NCBI GenBank assembly: GCA_038882935.1
Contig: JAVZNF010000003.1
Coordinates: forward strand, 1-64,000
Origin: Archaeoglobaceae archaeon
Lineage (GTDB): Archaea > Halobacteriota > Archaeoglobi > Archaeoglobales > Archaeoglobaceae
DNA: 64,000 nt
Direction of reading: 5' to 3'
Below, one piece after another: positions 9,634 to 20,034 of the stretch. The position numbers were made by a program, and so were the translations under genes. A model generated the notes under the pieces. It did no database searches. It was given only the letters and a program-made list of their open reading frames with translations, and was not told the DNA's origin. Positions within the stretch are counted from its first letter, which is position 1, and every line of letters starts with the position of its first letter.

Positions 9634-10879
9634 ACTTCACTCCCCGCTCAAACACTCCAAACTCACCAAACTCCATCGCCTTCCTATACCTTACGCGCCT
9701 AAGCAAATCCTCGAGCGCATCCATACCTTCAAGCTTTCTGAGCTTTCCAAGCTGTATAATCTCCTCCGCCTTCGGAAATCCAGCTTCGGCGACCAGGATT
9801 TTCTGCGGAATCTGGACGCGCTCCTTCTTAACAATCCTTCTCAACGCAGACTCCCAAGCGCTTCTCCAAGGAACATCATAGGCGATCTCCTTTGTGAAGT
9901 AGTTCGTTCTCTCTACGATTATCAAATCGTACGGGCAAGCGTTTTCGCATGCTCCACAGTAGATGCAAAATCTCTCGTTAAAGTAAACCCTCTTCCTGTC
10001 CTCGGAGACAAACCAAACCTTGTTGAACTTGCATATTGCCAAGCAAGCACCACAACCAATCGGATCACACCTCGACATCCTTGCCTCGAAAAGTCTAAGA
10101 TTTCCCTCTATCGGCTTCAAGGTCTTCGCTGCGTCGTATGGGCAAACTTCCTCGCAGTATCCACAATTCGAGCAGATTTCTTGGTCTATTGTTATGTTTG
10201 CGATTTTTTCTGGCAACTCAAACGATATCCTTTTTCCTTCGACTTCTATCGCATTCTCAGGGCAGACCTCTTCGCAGAGCTTGCAGTAGTCGCAAAGAGT
10301 TTCATCGATCAATATGTCGCTGTAGGGCACTATATCGTTGGGAACGACTTTTTTCTCCACCATTCTAAAGACATCGCAAAACTCCGCACAGATTCCACAA
10401 AGGTTGCACTTTTCTCGATCTATTTTCACACTCCCTTTGATCCCTTCATTTCTCTCGGCGATATATTGCCTTCTCAGTAGAACTTCCCTTTTTATCGCCC
10501 CTGTGGGGCAGACTTTGTAGCAGAGTGTGCACTTTCTGCAACGCTCGTTCTTATAGGTGAACCTCACAGGTGAAAGAGGTAGAGAAGATTTCTCGATCTT
10601 CTCTCCATTTACGTAAAACTCGAAGGCGTTGAACGGGCAGAAAGAGTAACAGATTGCACAGTATGCGCATTTCAGGTGATCTATTATAACGGGGGGCATT
10701 TCCAAGCCTTTAGCAATCTCGTGCACCGGACCAAGTTCGATTGCGTTCACTGGACACGCGAAAACACAAACTGCACAACCATTACACTTTTTGTAATCGT
10801 AAACAAGCTCTCTTAGCTCGTCCTCTGTTTTTTGAATGCACTTTATCTTCTCCCCAACCTCAATTTCCCTTTCGATCAT
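9590..10879 (-). CDS. polyferredoxin with eight 4Fe-4S binding motifs
   Basis: 429 aa carrying eight CxxCxxCxxxC(P) motifs, e.g. CNGCAVCVFACP, CAYCAICYSFCP, CRKCTLCYKVCP, CDYCKLCEEVCP, CSNCGYCEEVCP and CIYCGACENACP. Confidence 0.85.
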   Translation of the reverse strand: MIEREIEVGEKIKCIQKTEDELRELVYDYKKCNGCAVCVFACPVNAIELGPVHEIAKGLEMPPVIIDHLKCAYCAICYSFCPFNAFEFYVNGEKIEKSSLPLSPVRFTYKNERCRKCTLCYKVCPTGAIKREVLLRRQYIAERNEGIKGSVKIDREKCNLCGICAEFCDVFRMVEKKVVPNDIVPYSDILIDETLCDYCKLCEEVCPENAIEVEGKRISFELPEKIANITIDQEICSNCGYCEEVCPYDAAKTLKPIEGNLRLFEARMSRCDPIGCGACLAICKFNKVWFVSEDRKRVYFNERFCIYCGACENACPYDLIIVERTNYFTKEIAYDVPWRSAWESALRRIVKKERVQIPQKILVAEAGFPKAEEIIQLGKLRKLEGMDALEDLLRRVRYRKAMEFGEFGVFERGVKYARGEDKRREEPKA

Positions 10880-11957
10880 AAAAACTCCTTGGGATTAAGC
10901 GTTGGAGCATCATGCAGTCCACAAGGACTAAAGCAACCATCGCCTCCGCAACGGGAACAATCCTCGGAACGATGCACGGATCGTGTCTACCCTTAACGCT
11001 TATCTCGACTTCCTCCATTTTCTCCAAATCCACACTCCTTTGCTTTCTCGAGATCGAAGGTGTTGGCTTCACTGCAATTCTCATTACCAACTCCTCGCCG
11101 TTCGTAATCCCTCCAAGAATTCCTCCCGCGTTGTTCGTTAAAAAACTTATCTTTCCATCCCTCAACATCATCTGATCGTTGTTCTCGCTACCCCTAAGCT
11201 TGGCAACATCAAAACCTCGACCTATTTCGAAACCCTTGACAGAAGGTATGCTCATCAACGCAAAAGCTAAGTAAGCGCTTATTTTTCCAAAAACAGGCTC
11301 TCCGAGTCCTGGAGGCACGTTTTTTGCAACTATTTCAACGATCCCTCCAACGCTGTCTCCCTCGCGCATCGCTTCCCTGATCCTCTCCTTCGCAATTTCC
11401 TCCTTCTCAGGATCTGGACACCTTATCGCACTCTTTTCTGCGATTTCAAAAGCCTTTTCGCTGTTTTCCACTCTAAAACTGATTCCTGCAATCTCTTTTG
11501 CGTATCCAAAAACTCTGATGTTGTATTTGGATAGGAGTAACTTTGCAATCGCCCCCGCTGCAACTCTTGCAACTGTTTCCCTCGCTGACGCTCTTCCACC
11601 TCCACGCCAGTCGTAGATTCCGAACTTCGCATAGTAGGCGAAATCCGCATGCCCTGGACGGGGGATGTTCTTAAGAGCCTCGTATGGCCTCGAATCCACA
11701 TCAACGTTCTTTATAATCATCGAAATCGGAGTACCGAGCGTGATGCCGTCGAGAACACCAGAAAGAATTTCCACTACATCCTCTTCCATTCTCTTCGACG
11801 CAAATTCCCCTCCGGGTTTTCTTCTTTCCATCTCCCTTCTTATGAACTCCTCATCTATTTTTAGCCCTGCTGGGCATCCGTCGATTGTGCATCCGACTGC
11901 TTTTCCATGGCTTTCTCCCCACGTCGTGACCCTGAAAACATATCCGAAGGAGTTCAT
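10860..11957 (-). CDS. aroC: chorismate synthase
   Basis: [32 protein letters not shown] is the canonical AroC N-terminus. The start is moved to the internal Met at 11957; the ORF-track extension to 12005 is rejected. Confidence 0.92.
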   Translation of the reverse strand: MNSFGYVFRVTTWGESHGKAVGCTIDGCPAGLKIDEEFIRREMERRKPGGEFASKRMEEDVVEILSGVLDGITLGTPISMIIKNVDVDSRPYEALKNIPRPGHADFAYYAKFGIYDWRGGGRASARETVARVAAGAIAKLLLSKYNIRVFGYAKEIAGISFRVENSEKAFEIAEKSAIRCPDPEKEEIAKERIREAMREGDSVGGIVEIVAKNVPPGLGEPVFGKISAYLAFALMSIPSVKGFEIGRGFDVAKLRGSENNDQMMLRDGKISFLTNNAGGILGGITNGEELVMRIAVKPTPSISRKQRSVDLEKMEEVEISVKGRHDPCIVPRIVPVAEAMVALVLVDCMMLQRLIPRSFYDRKGN

Positions 11958-12046
11958 CAACCTACCTTTTTTCCTGGTGATTTTAATACCTTCGCCAACA
12001 CACAAATTCAGAAAAATTAATTAGCTGAAAAACTGCAGCGTAGCTA

Positions 12047-12892
12047 ATGAAAGCTCGAGACATTATGAATCCAAAGGTCATCTACGCAACTTTGCCGAGC
12101 AACAGAGACACTTTACTCCAGATGTTCAAAGAGTACGGAATTTCGGCGGTTCCAGTCTTAAAAGACGGCAAATTAGTCGGTATAGTGACGAGGAAAGACT
12201 TGCTAAGAAAGATCGATGAAAATCAGCTTGCGTTGCTGATGACACCAAACCCTGTAACAGTAAACGTGGACGACAGCGTTGAGAAAGTTGTGAAGATATT
12301 CAGCAAAACTCCGTTCCGAAGATTGCCAGTGCTGGATGGAGAGAAGCTTGTCGGCATCATAACAGTTAGAGACATCGTGAAAAAGATTGCCGAGATGAAT
12401 TTAGATGTTGAGGTTAGAAAATACGTGAGCCCGCAAATCGTCTGCGTTTGGGAAGAGACACCGTTGAAAGTCGTTGGAGAGATTATGAGACTTAGCAACG
12501 CTGAAATCTGTGGAGTTCTGAACGAAAACGATGAGCTTGTTGGAATTGTGGACGAGAAGATAATGCTCAGCGAGGCCCTAATCGAAGACTTCCTAATCCA
12601 GTCAACACACTCGTCTTCGAGCGACACCGACGACAAATGGAGTTGGGATGGGATGAGGGATCTTACGGTTAGATACTTTGAAATGAGCGTCGTAAAACTG
12701 CCCAAGGATCCTGTGAAGAGGTTCATGAAACCTGCAGATTTTGTCTATCCACAGACAAGCGTATCAAAGTGTGCAAAGAAGATGGTGAATTACGATCTCG
12801 ACTGCATTCCCGTGCTCGACTCTTTCAACAGGGTTGCAGGGATTGTGAAAGACAAGGAGCTGATAAAAGTCTTGCTCGATGTTCAAAAATAA
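12047..12892 (+). CDS. protein with four tandem CBS domains
   Basis: 281 aa with repeated CBS motifs (ISAVPVLKDGKLVGIVTRKDL, FRRLPVLDGEKLVGIITVRDI, CGVLNENDELVGIVDEK, DCIPVLDSFNRVAGIVKDKEL). Confidence 0.75.
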   Translation: MKARDIMNPKVIYATLPSNRDTLLQMFKEYGISAVPVLKDGKLVGIVTRKDLLRKIDENQLALLMTPNPVTVNVDDSVEKVVKIFSKTPFRRLPVLDGEKLVGIITVRDIVKKIAEMNLDVEVRKYVSPQIVCVWEETPLKVVGEIMRLSNAEICGVLNENDELVGIVDEKIMLSEALIEDFLIQSTHSSSSDTDDKWSWDGMRDLTVRYFEMSVVKLPKDPVKRFMKPADFVYPQTSVSKCAKKMVNYDLDCIPVLDSFNRVAGIVKDKELIKVLLDVQK

Positions 12893-13487
12893 AGAAGAAG
12901 TTCGTGAATTCGTTTGGAAGAAAATAGCACCATTTTGCAGTTTTCCTCCCCCATACGGGAGGATACCGAATTTCAGAACAGCGAAAAAAGCCTGTGAGAA
13001 GATAAGAGAATTGGAAGAATACCAAAGGGCTGAATGCATCTTCTCCGCTCCGGATTCCGTTCTTCTTAGACTGCGGGAAATAGTTCTTGAAGATGGAAAG
13101 ACACTTCTCGCAGTTCTTCCAAGAATGACGGGTTTTGTTGTCCTAAAGGAAAGGGTAAAGCCTACGATTGGAGCCCTAAAACATGCCAAAAGGGCTGACC
13201 TTGCAAAGCTGAAGGGAAAGGTTGGAGTGTTTGCACAGGGTTGCGTTGCGGTCGATTTGAATGGAAACAGAATAGGGAAGGGGAGTGGATTTGGAGACAG
13301 AGAGTACGAGATATTGAAAAAGAGTGGAGTCTTGGCTGAGAATGCAATCTTTGTAGTCGTTGCCCACGAAATCCAGGTGTTTTCGGACTTAAGCTATTTG
13401 ATGCAAGAACACGATGCCAAGGCAGACGTGATCTTGACACCGGAAAAAATAATAAGGGTTAGATCTGATCGAAGGTCATTATTCTGA
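12879..13487 (+). CDS. 5-formyltetrahydrofolate cyclo-ligase family protein (COG0212-like)
   Basis: 202 aa. IFSAPDS...[14 protein letters not shown]...[12 protein letters not shown] fits the 5-FCL fold motifs. Confidence 0.6.
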   Translation: MFKNKEEVREFVWKKIAPFCSFPPPYGRIPNFRTAKKACEKIRELEEYQRAECIFSAPDSVLLRLREIVLEDGKTLLAVLPRMTGFVVLKERVKPTIGALKHAKRADLAKLKGKVGVFAQGCVAVDLNGNRIGKGSGFGDREYEILKKSGVLAENAIFVVVAHEIQVFSDLSYLMQEHDAKADVILTPEKIIRVRSDRRSLF

Positions 13488-14610
13488 GCGAAGTTGGTAG
13501 CTTGACAACGCTTCCTAGCTTAACACCTATGATGTAGTTTATATCCTTCTTCGCCGCCACGTCAACGAGTCTCTGCGTTATCACACCGTCGAAGATTATT
13601 ATTGAGCCCCGAATGTTGTTGTTCTTTAAAGTTTTCACGAGATCTCGTACCGGGACTTCTTTTATCAGGTTCAGGTTCTTGTCCAAAATCCTCGCAAGTA
13701 GCTTTCCTTCCACTCTTTCCTTGTGGGCCTTCAAGTTCTCCGGGTTTTGCTCCTTTACTTCCTTCTTCAAAACGTGTATTTGCTCAACTGGAACCTTGTT
13801 TCTTAGCGATTTCAGAATCTCCTTTAACGTCAGATCCTCCACTCCCTTCCCCTCTGGCGCTCTCGCAACAAAGTCTATGTCCGCAACTTGAAGTAACTCC
13901 TTTAGGATTAGTTCTCCCCCTCGATCACCATCGAGAAATGCGGTGACTGTTTTCTTTTTGCTCAACTCAATAATCGTTTTCGGTATGTTTGTCCCTTCGA
14001 CAGCTATAACGTTCCGTATTCCATGCCTAAGTAAGTTTATAACGTCTGCCCTACCTTCCACAACGATTATCGCATCCGACTCATCGATCGCCGGTCCTGC
14101 GGGGAGCTTTTCTTCGCCGTATTCAACGACTTCATCGACTCTAAGAGATTGCTTTACTAGCTCCGTAATTTTCTCTGACTCGATCTCCGGTTCTTCGAAC
14201 AACTCCTTTAGAATTTCCATTGACCTCTCAACTATCTTTTTTCTCTTCGTCGCCCTGACGTCTTCGATCTTCTTAACTTCAATCCTCGCAGAGCAAGGTC
14301 CAACCCTTTCGATTGTTTCGAGCGCTGCAGCGATAATTGCGGTTTCGATTTTGTCGAGACTTGAAGGGATCTTTATCTCGCCGTAGCTCTTTCCGCCCCT
14401 GCTCTCAACCTTGACTTCTATTCTTCCTATTCTGCCAGTCTTCTGCAGTTCCCTGAGATCGAGATCGTTGCCAAGTAATCCCTCAGTTTGACCAAAAATA
14501 GCACCAACTACATCTGGACGCTCAATAACTCCATCAGCTACGATTTCAGCGTGAATGAGATACTTAGTTGTATCCGGCACCTTCATCATAGAACCATCCT
14601 CTAAACTCAT
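13459..14610 (-). CDS. dnaG: archaeal DnaG-type primase (Toprim domain)
   Basis: 383 aa. [28 protein letters not shown] is the conserved archaeal DnaG N-terminus, and the Toprim region [11 protein letters not shown]...[11 protein letters not shown] follows. Confidence 0.9.
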   Translation of the reverse strand: MSLEDGSMMKVPDTTKYLIHAEIVADGVIERPDVVGAIFGQTEGLLGNDLDLRELQKTGRIGRIEVKVESRGGKSYGEIKIPSSLDKIETAIIAAALETIERVGPCSARIEVKKIEDVRATKRKKIVERSMEILKELFEEPEIESEKITELVKQSLRVDEVVEYGEEKLPAGPAIDESDAIIVVEGRADVINLLRHGIRNVIAVEGTNIPKTIIELSKKKTVTAFLDGDRGGELILKELLQVADIDFVARAPEGKGVEDLTLKEILKSLRNKVPVEQIHVLKKEVKEQNPENLKAHKERVEGKLLARILDKNLNLIKEVPVRDLVKTLKNNNIRGSIIIFDGVITQRLVDVAAKKDINYIIGVKLGSVVKLPTSLRIMTFDQI

Positions 14611-14642
14611 CCAAAAAACGTTGTCCTCACTCCATAAATAAC

Positions 14643-14996
14643 TTATCCGCTCCTAGTGAGTTCCTCAATGGCCCTTATAACTTCTTTTCTCGTGAAAGGT
14701 TTCTTTAGAATCATATCGACACCAGCTTCCATCGCCTTTTCTCCTTTTGATCCCGCATATGCGGTGATTGCTATAATCTTGGCTTTTGGATTGATTTTCT
14801 TTATTTCACGAATTGCATCTATTCCCCCCATCACAGGCATCATTATATCCATCAAAACGATGTCTGGTTTTTCCTTTTCGTATTTCTCAACAGCCTCTCG
14901 TCCATTTGACGCTTCGACGACCTTATAATCTTTCAGCATAATCTTGAGGATTTCTCTCATCGCTGTCTCATCATCGACAATCATCACGCTTTTCAT
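14643..14996 (-). CDS. single-domain response regulator receiver (CheY-like)
   Basis: 117 aa with [16 protein letters not shown] and the conserved Lys in KKPF. Confidence 0.88.
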   Translation of the reverse strand: MKSVMIVDDETAMREILKIMLKDYKVVEASNGREAVEKYEKEKPDIVLMDIMMPVMGGIDAIREIKKINPKAKIIAITAYAGSKGEKAMEAGVDMILKKPFTRKEVIRAIEELTRSG

Positions 14997-15090
14997 CGTG
15001 AAACGTGCGCTAAAGAATTTAAAAGCCTATCGCAAAACTTTGAGTTGAAAAATTTCGAAAACGTTATTTATTAGTGAGCGAAGTTTACGC

Positions 15091-16050
15091 ATGGCAGTTA
15101 AAATCTATGTTGTTGGGCACAAAAACCCGGACACGGACACGGTTTGTTCTGCAATAGCGTTTGCGTACCTCTGGAACAAATGGAAGGAAACTGGGGCAAT
15201 GAGCGATGTTATGAAAATAGAAGATGAAGCGGTTCCAGCGGTTCAAGGCGATCTCAACGCAGAAACAAAATTTGTGCTCGATAAATTCGGGATGAAAGCT
15301 CCCGAGAAGCTTCTGGATGCGACAGGAAAGAAAGTCGTGCTCGTAGATCATTCCGAGAGAGCACAAACCTTAGACAACATCGACAAGGCTGAAATCGTTG
15401 CAATCGTTGATCACCACAAAATAGGAGACGTTACAACACCCAATCCCATACTGTTCTTCAACTTGCCAGCAGGAAGTACCGCGACTGTTCTAAAAGTCTT
15501 GTTCGACAAAACCGGAGTGCAGATTCCGAAAGATATTGCGGGGATAATGCTTGCTTCGATCCTGAGCGATACCGTGATATTCAAATCCGCAACAACAACT
15601 GCGCTCGATAAGAAGGTTGCAGAAGAGCTTGCCAAAATAGTGGGTATCTCAGATCTGACAAAGTTTGGAATAGAAGTGAAAGGAAAGCTATCGGAAGTCG
15701 CAGGAATGACTGCAAAGCAGATCATGATGAGAGACTTCAAGGACTTCAACATGGGAGGAAAGAAGGTAGGCATTGGACAAATCGAACTCCTCGACCTCTC
15801 GCTAATCGAATCGAAAAAGGATGAGATCTACGAAGAGCTCGTGAAAAAGAAGACAGAAGGTTACCACAGCGTGTTCCTGATGCTCACAGACATTATGAAA
15901 GAAGGGACTGAACTACTTGCGGTAACCGATGATCCAAAAGTAGTCGAAAAAGCGTTCGGCAAGAAACTCGAGGGGAGAAGTGTCTGGCTACCAGGAGTAA
16001 TGAGCAGAAAGAAACAAGTTGTTCCACCGTTGGAGAAGGCATTTTCTTAG
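15091..16050 (+). CDS. ppaC: manganese-dependent inorganic pyrophosphatase (family II, DHH)
   Basis: IYVVGHKNPDTDTVCSAIAFAYL and the DHH motif VDHHKIGD. Confidence 0.9.
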   Translation: MAVKIYVVGHKNPDTDTVCSAIAFAYLWNKWKETGAMSDVMKIEDEAVPAVQGDLNAETKFVLDKFGMKAPEKLLDATGKKVVLVDHSERAQTLDNIDKAEIVAIVDHHKIGDVTTPNPILFFNLPAGSTATVLKVLFDKTGVQIPKDIAGIMLASILSDTVIFKSATTTALDKKVAEELAKIVGISDLTKFGIEVKGKLSEVAGMTAKQIMMRDFKDFNMGGKKVGIGQIELLDLSLIESKKDEIYEELVKKKTEGYHSVFLMLTDIMKEGTELLAVTDDPKVVEKAFGKKLEGRSVWLPGVMSRKKQVVPPLEKAFS

Positions 16051-16083
16051 CTTTCTTGCCTTTCATCCAAATCTTTTTTATCC

Positions 16084-17349
16084 GTGTTCAGACGTTTTTC
16101 TGTGAGAATAGAGAGACCCCGTGGAACGAGGGATTTTCTTCCAGAAGAGATGGAGAAAAGAAGAGATGTCGAGAAGAGGTTACGAGAAATTGCAGAGAGC
16201 TTTGGATACAGAGAAGTTGCAACTCCAACTTTTGAGCACTCGGAGCTCTTTAAACTAAAATCCGGTGAGGGAATAATCGAAGAGATGTATGTTTTCAAAG
16301 ACAAATCTGAGAGAGAGCTCGCACTTCGCCCTGAGCTAACAGCACCAATAATAAGAATGTTCGTCAACGAATGTAGCAGAATGCCAAAGCCCCTGCGATT
16401 TTACTACATTGGCAACTGCTTCCGTTACGAGCGCCCACAGAAGGCGAGGTATCGAGAATTCTGGCAGTTTGGAGTTGAGCTTATCGGATCCGATTCGTAT
16501 TTGGCTAACGCGGAAGTAATTTTCTTAGCCTATAAAATGCTGAAAAGCCTCGAAATAGATTTTGAGCTTAACATCGGTCATGTTGGAATCTTAAGATCGA
16601 TCTTGAGTCCCTTGGGCGACAAAGCGGAGAGGGCGATGAGACTGATCGACAAAAACGATAAAAATGCCTTAAAGAGCTACTTTGATGAACTTCAAGTCGA
16701 TGATGAGCTTGAAGAGAAAGTCTTTAGAGTTATGGAGTTAAAGGGTGGCAAGGAAGTTATCAGAGAGGCGAAAGAGGCCCTTGACTTCGACTTCGACTAT
16801 TTGGAGAAGCTTTTGATGATGCTCGACTCGCTAAAGGTTGACTACAACCTCAACCTTGGTATCGCAAGGGGGTTAGATTACTACGTTGGCGTTGTTTTCG
16901 AGTGCTACGCAAAAGATCTTGGAGCTCAAAAGCAGATCTGTGGAGGAGGTAGCTACGAGCTTGCGACACTGTTTGGTGGTGTTAAAACTCCAGCAACCGG
17001 CTTCGCGATTGGCTTCGATAGAGTCTGCGAACTCGTGAAAGACACTCGCAAAAAGCAACCCGTTATTGCAGTTGTGAATTTCCCCGGATTTGAGAGCTTT
17101 GCGTTTGAGATTGCAACAAAAATACGCAACTCAGGCTTCGTTGCGATCGTCGATGTTATGGGGAGAAACCTAAGAAAACAGCTCAGCTATGCGAACGACG
17201 TAAAAGCTGACTACGCTGTGATAATAGGCGAAGAAGAATTCAAGTGTGGGGAAGTGAAGGTGAAAAATCTCTCGAGCGGTGAGCAGTTCAGCGTTAAAAT
17301 CGAAGATCTCACCACTTTTCTTTCTGAGCTAAAGACAACAGGAACATGA
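16084..17349 (+). CDS. hisS: histidyl-tRNA synthetase
   Basis: 421 aa with RPRGTRDFLPEE, class-II motifs and the HisA box. Confidence 0.92.
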   Translation: MFRRFSVRIERPRGTRDFLPEEMEKRRDVEKRLREIAESFGYREVATPTFEHSELFKLKSGEGIIEEMYVFKDKSERELALRPELTAPIIRMFVNECSRMPKPLRFYYIGNCFRYERPQKARYREFWQFGVELIGSDSYLANAEVIFLAYKMLKSLEIDFELNIGHVGILRSILSPLGDKAERAMRLIDKNDKNALKSYFDELQVDDELEEKVFRVMELKGGKEVIREAKEALDFDFDYLEKLLMMLDSLKVDYNLNLGIARGLDYYVGVVFECYAKDLGAQKQICGGGSYELATLFGGVKTPATGFAIGFDRVCELVKDTRKKQPVIAVVNFPGFESFAFEIATKIRNSGFVAIVDVMGRNLRKQLSYANDVKADYAVIIGEEEFKCGEVKVKNLSSGEQFSVKIEDLTTFLSELKTTGT

Positions 17350-18727
17350 AAACTGGTATTATTTCAAGACGTCCAACCCACATGTTCAGGATTAGAACAA
17401 GCTTCGCAAAATAACTGAGCTCCGAAAAACTTGGCGCACCAAAAACCGGTCCAATGTTTCCAAGGCTCGAAGCCGAAAAGGAGAGCGATGTTTCGAGATC
17501 GTAGCCCATCAAAGTGAGAATCAAAGATGAAAGAAAGAAAATGAAAATGTAAAGGATGAAGAAAGCTACGATTTCCTCGACGTTTTCTTTTTCGAGAACG
17601 TAACTGCCGTATTTTATCGACTTAACAGTCCTCGGCTCCATTAACTTGTAGATCTCCATGACGACGTATTTGAGCAAGATCACAAATCTTATTACCTTCA
17701 AGCCACCCGCAGTCGACCCACTGCAACCGCCAACCAACATTAAAACCAAAAGCACCATCTTCGCAGAACTGCTCCACTCGTTGACGTTCGCAGTTGTGAA
17801 GCCCATCGCAGTGAAAGAGATTGCCTGAAAAGCTGAGAATCTCAGCGATTGTAAGGTATCGCCATAGTTGGGAATGTTCACAATCGTAAGTATGAGCGTT
17901 GCAGCAGCTATAAGCGCAGTGTAAACACGGAGCTCGAGATCTGCGAGGGAGCGCAGTTGTTTGTTCGTAAGAGCGTAAATAAGTGCGAAATTCAAACCAC
18001 CTATAAAGCCAAAGAACGCTATAACTGCTTCGATTCTCGCATCTTTAAACTTTGCGATGCTCTCCGAACTCGTGGAAAATCCGCCTGTGGAGATCGTAGT
18101 AAGCGCATGATTCAATGCATTGAATAAGTCTAAGCCGAAGAAGTATAGAGCTAAGATCTCGAGAATCGTAAGCACAAGGTAGAGCTGAAAGATCACCATC
18201 GCGACGTCACGAATTCTCGGCTTTACTTTTGGCAGAACTATCGTGGGATACTCGGCATAGAAGAGCAAAGATTTCTTTCTCATGGTGGGCAAAAATATCA
18301 GGGTAAGAACTACAACGCCAAAACCGCCGAGCCATTGTATAAAGCTCCTCCAGAATAAAATCGATGCCGGCAAAAGCTCAGGAGTTAAAACTGACATTCC
18401 GGTTGTTGTAAAACCAGACATACTTTCAAAAAAGGCATTGAGGGGGTCAATCGAGTAGAAGAGAAAAGGAATCGATCCAAAAATCGGAATTAAGAGCCAT
18501 ATGATCGCAACACTGATGTATGCGTCTTTTTCAGTGGAAATCTCGGGCTCTTTCTTCCTCGAGGCAAGTATAAAAATCAGTCCCATCGTAAAAGTCGACA
18601 AGAACGCAACTAAGAACGGCAAAAGACTCTCTCCTTCAAACAGCGAGATTGTCAGGGGTAGTAAAAATGCAAACGAGAAAGGTACCAATACTCTTCCGTT
18701 TGTGGCAAAAATGTAGTTGTAATTCAT
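17309..18727 (-). CDS. trkH: Trk-type K+ uptake membrane subunit
   Basis: Polytopic membrane protein of TrkH/KtrB type. The start is placed at MNYNYIF (18727), which gives an ATGA overlap with the trkA stop. Confidence 0.85.
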   Translation of the reverse strand: MNYNYIFATNGRVLVPFSFAFLLPLTISLFEGESLLPFLVAFLSTFTMGLIFILASRKKEPEISTEKDAYISVAIIWLLIPIFGSIPFLFYSIDPLNAFFESMSGFTTTGMSVLTPELLPASILFWRSFIQWLGGFGVVVLTLIFLPTMRKKSLLFYAEYPTIVLPKVKPRIRDVAMVIFQLYLVLTILEILALYFFGLDLFNALNHALTTISTGGFSTSSESIAKFKDARIEAVIAFFGFIGGLNFALIYALTNKQLRSLADLELRVYTALIAAATLILTIVNIPNYGDTLQSLRFSAFQAISFTAMGFTTANVNEWSSSAKMVLLVLMLVGGCSGSTAGGLKVIRFVILLKYVVMEIYKLMEPRTVKSIKYGSYVLEKENVEEIVAFFILYIFIFFLSSLILTLMGYDLETSLSFSASSLGNIGPVFGAPSFSELSYFAKLVLILNMWVGRLEIIPVFMFLLSLAQKEKW

Positions 18728-20034
18728 CCAAAAATCTCCCCGATCTTGTCTAGGTCTTCCCAAGACGAGCTCAAAATTACCCGATCGTTGTCCATCAACT
18801 GCATGTCCGCATATGGCAAGAGGCCCCTGCTCTCCCTAACAACAGCGATAACAATTGAGTTCTCAGGCAGATTGAGCTCAGATATTCTTTTGCCTACAAC
18901 TTTATCGCTCTTGACAACAACCTCGACTATCAAAGAGCCCCTTACCTCGGCCAAGGTCTTTACTTCGATCTTTTCCATCATCAACTGCTTCAGAACTTCG
19001 ATGACCGTGATGCTTCGAGGGTTTAAAACTTTGTCAACACCCACTCTCTCGAACACCTCTACGTAGTCTCTATTCTCAACCTTTGCAATAGCTTTCTTTG
19101 CGCCAAACTTCTTGCAGAGCAGAGAAATCATGAGGTTCTTCTCGTCGCTATCTGTCATCGCCAGAATCGCATCTGACTTCCCCACCTCCTCTTCTACAAG
19201 CATCTTCACGTTGAGATAATCTGCGTGTATCACCTTTATATCTTTGAACTTCTCGTTCAACTCTTCACATGCCTTCTTACTTGCACCAATAACCTTCACA
19301 TTCACCCGAGTTTTGCTGAGGATTTCAACAATATAACTGCCGATGTATCCGGTTCCAAAGACTGTAACTCTTTTCACAGAAGGAACTCCAAAAACTTCTC
19401 TGAGTCTCCTTATCTCCGAACTCTTCCCGAGGATCTCTATTCTGTCCCCGGGCTCAATTTTTTCAATTCCGGGAGATAGAATTTCACCATTCCTAAAAAT
19501 AGAAACAACAAGCGTTTCTGGAGGAAGCTTGATTTCGTTGAGACTGTGCCCAACGAAGGGGGACTCCTCCGCAACCTGAATCTCCAGAAGCTCCATTTCT
19601 TCGCCGAGGGTTACAACACCAAGAACAGGAAGTAGACCCGCAACTCTGACCGCTTCCTGTGCAAGCGCCAAAGATGGGCAAACAACCACATCAAACCCGA
19701 GGGGATGGAATTTGACAACTGGGGATTCCGTGTATTCTGGGTTTTCTATTCTTACAAGGGTTTTCTTAGCCCCGAGTCTTTTCGCGGTCAGAGCAGAGAT
19801 TAGGTTAACCTCGTCGTTACCAGTCACAGCCAAAAAGTAATCTGCCTTCTCTACTCCGGCCTCTTTCAGGACTTTTAGATTTCCAGCATTACCTCGGATT
19901 GTTATTACGTCGAGCTCTGCAAAACGTTCCAGCTTATCTTTGTCCTTGTCTATTACGTAGACATCGTTTTTCTCACAAAGAGATTTTGCCAACTCATAGC
20001 CAACTTCTCCCGCTCCTGCGATCACTATTTGCAT
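18724..20034 (-). CDS. trkA: Trk K+ uptake NAD-binding subunit with two RCK domains
   Basis: MQIVIAGAGEVGYELAKSL, with a second Rossmann motif VTVFGTGYIGSYIVE. Confidence 0.9.
   Translation of the reverse strand: MQIVIAGAGEVGYELAKSLCEKNDVYVIDKDKDKLERFAELDVITIRGNAGNLKVLKEAGVEKADYFLAVTGNDEVNLISALTAKRLGAKKTLVRIENPEYTESPVVKFHPLGFDVVVCPSLALAQEAVRVAGLLPVLGVVTLGEEMELLEIQVAEESPFVGHSLNEIKLPPETLVVSIFRNGEILSPGIEKIEPGDRIEILGKSSEIRRLREVFGVPSVKRVTVFGTGYIGSYIVEILSKTRVNVKVIGASKKACEELNEKFKDIKVIHADYLNVKMLVEEEVGKSDAILAMTDSDEKNLMISLLCKKFGAKKAIAKVENRDYVEVFERVGVDKVLNPRSITVIEVLKQLMMEKIEVKTLAEVRGSLIVEVVVKSDKVVGKRISELNLPENSIVIAVVRESRGLLPYADMQLMDNDRVILSSSWEDLDKIGEIFG

Noticed and set aside
9515-10480. 321-aa + strand ORF
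   Set aside because: It lies entirely antisense to the polyferredoxin gene. It has no motifs and its composition is driven by the Cys-codon complement.
11958-12005. N-terminal 16-codon extension of aroC (MCVGEGIKITRKKGRL)
   Set aside because: Chorismate synthases begin at the conserved MNSFG... motif, and the extension runs into the divergent promoter region.
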